A stretch of DNA of 64,000 nucleotides, taken from the NCBI GenBank assembly GCA_037133055.1, contig JBAXOY010000001.1, forward strand, positions 1 to 64,000, written 5' to 3'. Shown here piece after piece: positions 58,453 through 64,000 of the stretch. The DNA comes from Chlamydiota bacterium (GTDB lineage Bacteria > Auribacterota > Tritonobacteria > UBA1439). The translations under genes and the position numbers were made by a program. Under the pieces are notes generated by a model that saw only the letters and a list, made by a program, of their open reading frames with translations, ran no database searches and had not been told where the DNA came from. Numbering within the stretch: the stretch's first letter is position 1; each line of letters opens with the position of its first letter.

Positions 58453-59727
58453 ATGAAACTCTTTGCCCGCAGCGCCGCGCTTTGCATCGCCCTCATATTT
58501 GCCTTGTTCACCATCGCAGCCGCCATGGGGCGCAAGCCCACGGGACCGCCCGCGGCCCCGGCGAGAGGGAAACCCGCGATGCCGTCCCTCCCGGTGACCG
58601 TCGTCCCCGCCCCGGAGGCACGACACGATGTCCCGGCAGCCCCCGTTCCCGCCGCAAGTCCCGTGCACCCCGTCAGCGTTGCGGGGGCACCGCATGAAAC
58701 ACCCCAGCCCGCCGCAACGCCCAAGGGGCCGCAGCCGAAGATCGTCTTCGAGGAGCTGAAACACGATTTCGGCGAGGTCGTGGGCGTTGAGAAGGTCGAG
58801 CACATCTACAGATTCCGGAACAACGGACCGGGAGAACTGAAGGTGGACAAGGTCTCCACGACCTGCGGCTGCACCGCGGCGCTGATCTCGTCCAAGGAGA
58901 TCCCGCCCGGCGGAAAGGGCGAGATCAAGACCACGTTCACCGTCGGGGGGAGACAGGGGAAGCAGACGAAACACATCTACGTCTTCTCGAACGACCCGAT
59001 CGAGCCCAAGGCATGTCTCATTCTCGAGGGGACGATCATTCCCCCGCTCGCCGTGGAGCCCGCGAACGTCATGCTCCAGGACACAAAGTCCGAATCCGCG
59101 CGGACGGTCAGGATCTTACAGACAATGCCCGAAGAGCTCACGATCGAGGAGCCGACCACGCGCCTGAACCTGGTGACTGCGAAGCTCCGCAGCGACCAGC
59201 CCGAGAACGGGAAGAAACGCTACACCATCGAGATCACCCTTAAACCCGACCTCGAGACCGGCCGGTATTCCGAAAATCTGACCGTGGTGACGAACTGCAA
59301 GACGAAGCCGAAAATAGAGATCCCCGTGCGGATCACCGTGAACGGGGACATCACGGCATCTCCCAGCCGGATAAGCCTCGGGCAGCTCGCCCCTGGACAG
59401 GAGGTCACCCGCTCGATCACCCTCGCGAGCACCCGGGATCAGGCGTTCACGATCCTGAAGATCGAGATCGACAACGCCGCGTTCACCATCAGCCCGTCGA
59501 CTCCGCCCGCTCCCGCGCAGACATACACCTTCACCGTGACCGGGAAACCGGAGTCGGCGACCGGGGGGGTAAGGGCAACGGTCACCTTCACCCTCGATCA
59601 CCCGAAGCAAAAAACGATCGAAGTCCCGATCTACGGATGGCTGCGCGTCGAGCGCACCCCCGTCCCGCCGCGCGCGGCCCCGCAGGGGAGCCCCGCGCCT
59701 GCCGCCGCAGGTCAGGTCAAGCCTTAG
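58453..59727 (+). CDS. DUF1573/Ig-like domain secreted protein
   Basis: HDFG.V, F.N.G...L.V..V.TTCGCT, IPPGGKGEI, V.SNDP; Pro-rich linker. Confidence 0.85.
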   Translation: MKLFARSAALCIALIFALFTIAAAMGRKPTGPPAAPARGKPAMPSLPVTVVPAPEARHDVPAAPVPAASPVHPVSVAGAPHETPQPAATPKGPQPKIVFEELKHDFGEVVGVEKVEHIYRFRNNGPGELKVDKVSTTCGCTAALISSKEIPPGGKGEIKTTFTVGGRQGKQTKHIYVFSNDPIEPKACLILEGTIIPPLAVEPANVMLQDTKSESARTVRILQTMPEELTIEEPTTRLNLVTAKLRSDQPENGKKRYTIEITLKPDLETGRYSENLTVVTNCKTKPKIEIPVRITVNGDITASPSRISLGQLAPGQEVTRSITLASTRDQAFTILKIEIDNAAFTISPSTPPAPAQTYTFTVTGKPESATGGVRATVTFTLDHPKQKTIEVPIYGWLRVERTPVPPRAAPQGSPAPAAAGQVKP

Positions 59728-60424
59728 CCCGAGCGGCCGGGAAGCGCAATTCCTTTTCGAGCGCCCCGCGCACATCCTCGAATGTGCGGTAGCGTCGGAA
59801 GCGTATGCCCTCTCGCGCGCAGTGCGCCGCGAGAACCCCTTTCGCGAACACCACCTCCGCATGGCCGGCGGGGCAGCGGTCCGTCACCCCGTTCCCGATG
59901 AAGACGGTCCGCATCCCCCTCCGCTTCGCGCGGACAAGGGGAGCTGATTTGCAGTGGTTGCATTCTCCGCAGAGCCGCCGCCGGCGCGAGGGGATCACTT
60001 TCCATCTCCGGCCGGAGACCCTCACCTCGTTCGCGCGCACCTCCAGCCCCCCGAGGCCGTGCCGGCGGAGCACCCGTCCGATGATCGAGGCGAACCCGCC
60101 GCTCAACACCGTGAGCGGCAGCCCCCGCTCCCCGAGCCATGCCGCGAAACGCGGGAATGAGGGGTCGATCGCCACGTCGCGGTCGACGACCGCCATCGCC
60201 TCGCCGCGAGGAGCGCGCACCAGGTCGAACTCCATCTGCAGGCTCCTCCTGTCCCCGATGCGCCCGGCCGCAACCTCGGCCTCGATGCGTCGCCACGCGT
60301 TCCCGGTAAAGACGGTGAGAATATGCTGGAGCGAGTCGACGGTCGTCACCGTCCCGTCGAAATCCGTAAACACCGCCAGTTTCTTTTTCACGCGATCGAG
60401 TTCCCCCCGATGCCGGCCCGACAT
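59717..60424 (-). CDS. MtnX-like HAD-IB phosphatase
   Basis: FTDFDGTVT, LSGG, CNHCK, FIGNG.TD.C.A..A..VFAK. Confidence 0.85.
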   Translation of the reverse strand: MSGRHRGELDRVKKKLAVFTDFDGTVTTVDSLQHILTVFTGNAWRRIEAEVAAGRIGDRRSLQMEFDLVRAPRGEAMAVVDRDVAIDPSFPRFAAWLGERGLPLTVLSGGFASIIGRVLRRHGLGGLEVRANEVRVSGRRWKVIPSRRRRLCGECNHCKSAPLVRAKRRGMRTVFIGNGVTDRCPAGHAEVVFAKGVLAAHCAREGIRFRRYRTFEDVRGALEKELRFPAARAKA

Positions 60425-60521
60425 GGTACGCAATCCCCCGCGTATGTGCAAGCGCGGCCTTGACTTTCAGCGCGGCCTTGACCCTCTTCTATTCGAGAAG
60501 GCCGCGGGGTATAATAGGCCC

Positions 60522-62033
60522 ATGAAGATCCTGCGCCTCGTGGCGCTCTTCGTCATCCTCTTCTTCGCCGCGATTGCGGCGCTCTCCTACGCCCTGTTCC
60601 TCCGCCCGGCCGCGCTCAAGGCCCGGGTCCGGGATCTCATCCGACAGTACCTTATCGCCGACATCAGCCTCGGCTCCGCGTCGCTCGACCCGTTTTCCGG
60701 CCTCACCCTCAGGGGGCTCAACGTGCGGAAATCCAAGGGGAACGAGCTGCTCTTCAAGGCGGACCGCATCCGCGTGAGGCCGCGATGGACCGCGCTCGCG
60801 AGGATGAAGTTCCGGGTCAAGGAGCTGAACCTGCAGAACGCCGACCTCCGGTTCGACAGGGACCGCGCGGGCCGCTCGAACTGGGAGGGGGTGGTCGCGA
60901 AGACTACGGCGGGCGGGGCGGGCCCTCCCCCGGTATTCACGCTCACGCGCGGCAGGGTGACGATCGGCGGCTGTCTCATCCAGGGACTCACCTGCGAGCT
61001 CACGCCCTTCCCGTCGGAGAAGCTCGTCGCCCTGCGCGGCACGGTGGACGATCCGTTCTGGGGCTCCTACACCGTTTCCGGAAACGCCGACCTCGGCGCC
61101 GAAACGCTGCGGGTCTCGTTCGAGAGCACGGACCTGCGCGTCACCGAGGGCTGGATCACGGCCCTCCCGTTCATCGGCATGGACATCTGGACGCGCTATC
61201 GCCCCGCCGGGCTCTTCGACCTGACGGGGACTATGGCCCTGTGCTGGGGCTCCGCGCGCACAGGGGACTACAGCCTCATCTTCACCGCAAAGGATTCCTC
61301 CTGCCGCTATCTGGCATTCCCCGTCACGAAGGCGACGGGGCGGGTGTTCGTGGACCCGCGCTCGGTGATCGTGAACCACCTCGACGGGAAAATGTTCGGC
61401 GGAACGGTTGAGGGATACAGCATCGTCAACCTCGACACGCCGTGCACCTACTTCAACCGCTACAGCTTCGAGGACCTCGACATCAAGGCGCTCATCCGAG
61501 GGATCCAGCCGGCGGTGGAGGGGCTGCGCGGCAACGGCAGCGGCTACGTGACCCTCCAGGGGGACCACTGCCTCGGCGAGGTGCAGGGGCGCGGGGAGCT
61601 CGCCGTGACCGACGCGCGCCTCTGGAATCTTCCCGTGCTCCTTCTCGTGCTTTCGAAAATCCAGCTCGCGTGGCCGACGCGGGAGGAACCCGCGCAGGAG
61701 TGCAGGATCGTCTACGCGTTCACCGGGCAGGTGCTCCGCATCGAGGAGATCAGCGTCTCAAGCGACGTCCTCGACCTCTACGGGACCGGGACGGTGGGGA
61801 TCGACGGGGAGATCGACCTCACCCTCTACGCGCGGCCCGTCAGCAAGAGTCCCCTTTTTCTTGCGGGCATGTTGCTCCAGCCCGCCCTCGACAGCCTCTC
61901 GGGGAGTCTTGTCCAGTTCAGGGTCACCGGGACTGTCTCGGACCCATGCCTGACCGTCATCCCGCTCTCTCCCGTGAGCAGCAGGATCATCAACTTCTTC
62001 GACACCCTCACCCTAAAGCGCTTCAGCTCCTGA
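60522..62033 (+). CDS. AsmA-like (repeating beta-groove) envelope protein
   Basis: N-terminal TM anchor, DRAGRSNW, beta-rich body, G.GTV..DG.IDL, FRVTGT.SDP; TATAAT 6 nt before ATG. Confidence 0.75.
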   Translation: MKILRLVALFVILFFAAIAALSYALFLRPAALKARVRDLIRQYLIADISLGSASLDPFSGLTLRGLNVRKSKGNELLFKADRIRVRPRWTALARMKFRVKELNLQNADLRFDRDRAGRSNWEGVVAKTTAGGAGPPPVFTLTRGRVTIGGCLIQGLTCELTPFPSEKLVALRGTVDDPFWGSYTVSGNADLGAETLRVSFESTDLRVTEGWITALPFIGMDIWTRYRPAGLFDLTGTMALCWGSARTGDYSLIFTAKDSSCRYLAFPVTKATGRVFVDPRSVIVNHLDGKMFGGTVEGYSIVNLDTPCTYFNRYSFEDLDIKALIRGIQPAVEGLRGNGSGYVTLQGDHCLGEVQGRGELAVTDARLWNLPVLLLVLSKIQLAWPTREEPAQECRIVYAFTGQVLRIEEISVSSDVLDLYGTGTVGIDGEIDLTLYARPVSKSPLFLAGMLLQPALDSLSGSLVQFRVTGTVSDPCLTVIPLSPVSSRIINFFDTLTLKRFSS

Positions 62034-62081
62034 TCCCCGCCCCCTCATCTTCTCCATCTCGATCGCCCGATAGCTCGATAG

Positions 62082-63794
62082 CTATCTTTTCAGCTCCCTC
62101 AGCAGCTTCTTCAGCGGATACGTGTTGATCACGTCCCCCGCCTCCGCCCAGCCCCGGCGTGCGGTGAAGACGCCGTAGCGCATCAGATTGAGGTTCTGCG
62201 TCGAGTGCGCGTCGGTCGAAATGACGAGCTTCACCCCGTGCTCCACTGCCAGGCGCACGTGGATGTCCCGCAGGTCCAGCCGGTCCGGATGGGCGTTCAC
62301 CTCCATGACGACCCCGTGGTCCTTCGCCGCTTTCACGATCTCCTCCATGTCCACCTCGTAGCCGGGCCGTTCCAGGATGAGGCGCCCGGTTGGATGACCG
62401 AGGATGTGGACGCGCGGGTTGCTGATGCCCTTCACGATGCGCCGCGTCATCTCCCTTTGGGGGAGGTTGAACCGGGAGTGAACCGCGGCGATGACGACCT
62501 CGCACTCCCCGAGGATGCCGTCGTCGAGATCAAGGCTCCCGTCGGGCAGTATGTCCACCTCGATGCCTTTCAGGATTCGCATCCCGGGCGACTTCTCCCC
62601 GGCCTTATCGATCGCCTTCAGGTGTGCTGCGAGCCTCTTCGCGTCGAGCCCGCGGGCCACCCTCACCGCCTTCGAGTGGTCCGTGATCGCGATGTAGGCG
62701 TAGCCGAGCTCCTTCGCCTTCGCCGCCATGTCGAGGATCGTGCCGCGGCCGTCTGTCGCCACGGTGTGCATCTGGAGATCGCCCCTGATGTCCGCGAGCT
62801 CGATCAGGGCGGGGAGCTCCCCTTTTTCCGCAGCCTCAAGCTCGCCGCGATTTTCGCGGAGCTCCGGGGGGATGACCGGAAGCCCCACCGCGGCGTAGAC
62901 CCCCTCCTCGTTCCGGCCGGCGATCGCCCGCGCGCCCTTGAAGACCCCGTACTCGCTGAGCTTCAGGCCTCGCGCGCCCGCGCGACCGCGGAGGGCGACG
63001 TTGTAGTCCTTTGAGCCGGTGAAATACTGGAGCGCGGCCCCGTAGCTCCCCTCATCGAGCACGCGCACATCCACGCTCAGCCCGCACGAGAGCCGCGCGC
63101 TCGATTTCGTCGGCCCCTTCGCGGTCATCTCCTCGATCCCGTCGTAGCGGGCAAACCGGTCCATGATATCCGACCCGGCCCCGCAGATGACGAGGATGTC
63201 GATGTCCCCGACGGTCTCCTTCCGCCTTCGCACGCTCCCGGCGGCCTCGATGGCCGCCACCCCCCTCGCCTTCCGGAGATGGCGCATGAGGGACTCCGCG
63301 TACTCGAGCCCCGCCGAGAGTTTGAACCTTCCCTGCCCCGCTCGGTAGCGGGCGATCGCCTTCAGGAGGTTGTCCCCGCTCTTGTCACCCATCCCGGGGA
63401 GATCCCTGATCGTACCCTCCCGCGCCGCCTTCTCGAGCTTGTCCACCGTGTCGATATGGAGCGTATCGTAAAAGAGCTTCACCTTCTTCGGCCCGAGCCC
63501 CTCGATCTTCAAGAGCCCGGGAAGCCCGCGCGGGAGCTTCTCCCGGAGTTCGGCGAGAAAGGAGAGTCGCCCGGTGGACACGAGTTCTTTGACCTTTTCC
63601 GCCAGGGCGGCCCCGATGCCGGGGAGCACGGTGATGTCCCCTCCCTCGCGCACCACGGTCGCGATGCTCTCAGACATGTCCCCGATCACCCGCGCCGCGT
63701 TCCGGTAAGAGCGGATACGAAACGGGTTTTCGCCGAGGATGTCGAGAATGTCGGCGATCTCGTTGAAGACATCTGCAATGGCGGTGTTTTCCAT
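62082..63794 (-). CDS. polX: DNA polymerase X with PHP domain
   Basis: NPFRIRSYR, AGSVRR.KETVGDIDIL, QYFTGSK, ITDHS, GHPTGR, RLDL, STDAH. Confidence 0.95.
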   Translation of the reverse strand: MENTAIADVFNEIADILDILGENPFRIRSYRNAARVIGDMSESIATVVREGGDITVLPGIGAALAEKVKELVSTGRLSFLAELREKLPRGLPGLLKIEGLGPKKVKLFYDTLHIDTVDKLEKAAREGTIRDLPGMGDKSGDNLLKAIARYRAGQGRFKLSAGLEYAESLMRHLRKARGVAAIEAAGSVRRRKETVGDIDILVICGAGSDIMDRFARYDGIEEMTAKGPTKSSARLSCGLSVDVRVLDEGSYGAALQYFTGSKDYNVALRGRAGARGLKLSEYGVFKGARAIAGRNEEGVYAAVGLPVIPPELRENRGELEAAEKGELPALIELADIRGDLQMHTVATDGRGTILDMAAKAKELGYAYIAITDHSKAVRVARGLDAKRLAAHLKAIDKAGEKSPGMRILKGIEVDILPDGSLDLDDGILGECEVVIAAVHSRFNLPQREMTRRIVKGISNPRVHILGHPTGRLILERPGYEVDMEEIVKAAKDHGVVMEVNAHPDRLDLRDIHVRLAVEHGVKLVISTDAHSTQNLNLMRYGVFTARRGWAEAGDVINTYPLKKLLRELKR

Positions 63795-64000
63795 GGGCCG
63801 CTTCTCCTTCGCGTCGCCCCGTCCCCGATACGATACCATCTTCGGCGGAGCGAGGCGAGGCGATTGCCGGGAGGGGGTCGCGCCGCAGGGCGCGCCATAG
63901 CCCTTGCGCTCACGGTCCCGGGTATGCCATACTTACGTCTTCGACGCCGGGGGCTTTCGGAAGTGTCGCCCGCGGCGCACAACCGCCACAGGGGGTTCGC

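Noticed and set aside
62082..63794. PolX as an inactive variant
   Set aside because: Catalytic GDID and third Asp region are intact; the QxH in the PHP motif alone is not enough
63933..64000. Possible 3' end of a minus-strand gene entering the window
   Set aside because: Only ~20 codons visible; cannot be supported

Overview
GC-rich chromosomal window from a probably anaerobic, diderm bacterium (TolC, AsmA-like and beta-barrel genes; lineage not determinable here). No rRNA, tRNA, CRISPR array, integrase or transposase was recognised. In order: an AOR-family oxidoreductase followed by a secreted MBL-rhodanese and two YeeE/YedE proteins; a BMP-type nucleoside/purine ABC transporter; a stand-alone FMN glutamate-synthase-family gene; an fdrA-DUF1116-orphan mdcA operon; a signal-peptide rubrerythrin; an AT-richer islet with vapBC and an attC-like site; Wzz/TPR genes; a YgeY-like M20 hydrolase; modE-DUF2490-modABC with a ModE box; abrB-tolC-macAB; an AGCS symporter; a second BMP-type ABC transporter; a shell-only microcompartment locus (1 BMC-H + 3 BMC-P); proS; a second islet (ogt-hicAB-alkD, attC-like site, C-N hydrolase, SDR); trpD; envelope genes; polX. 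Intergenic DNA carries many short repeat arrays and a MITE-like element with a 6-bp target duplication. Strongest candidates for undescribed biology: the fdrA/DUF1116/mdcA operon, the exported sulfur relay with a C-terminal Cys arm, the ModE-controlled DUF2490 barrel, the shell-only BMC locus, the exported rubrerythrin and a catalytically dead BKACE lipoprotein. All family calls are by eye from motifs; no searches were run.
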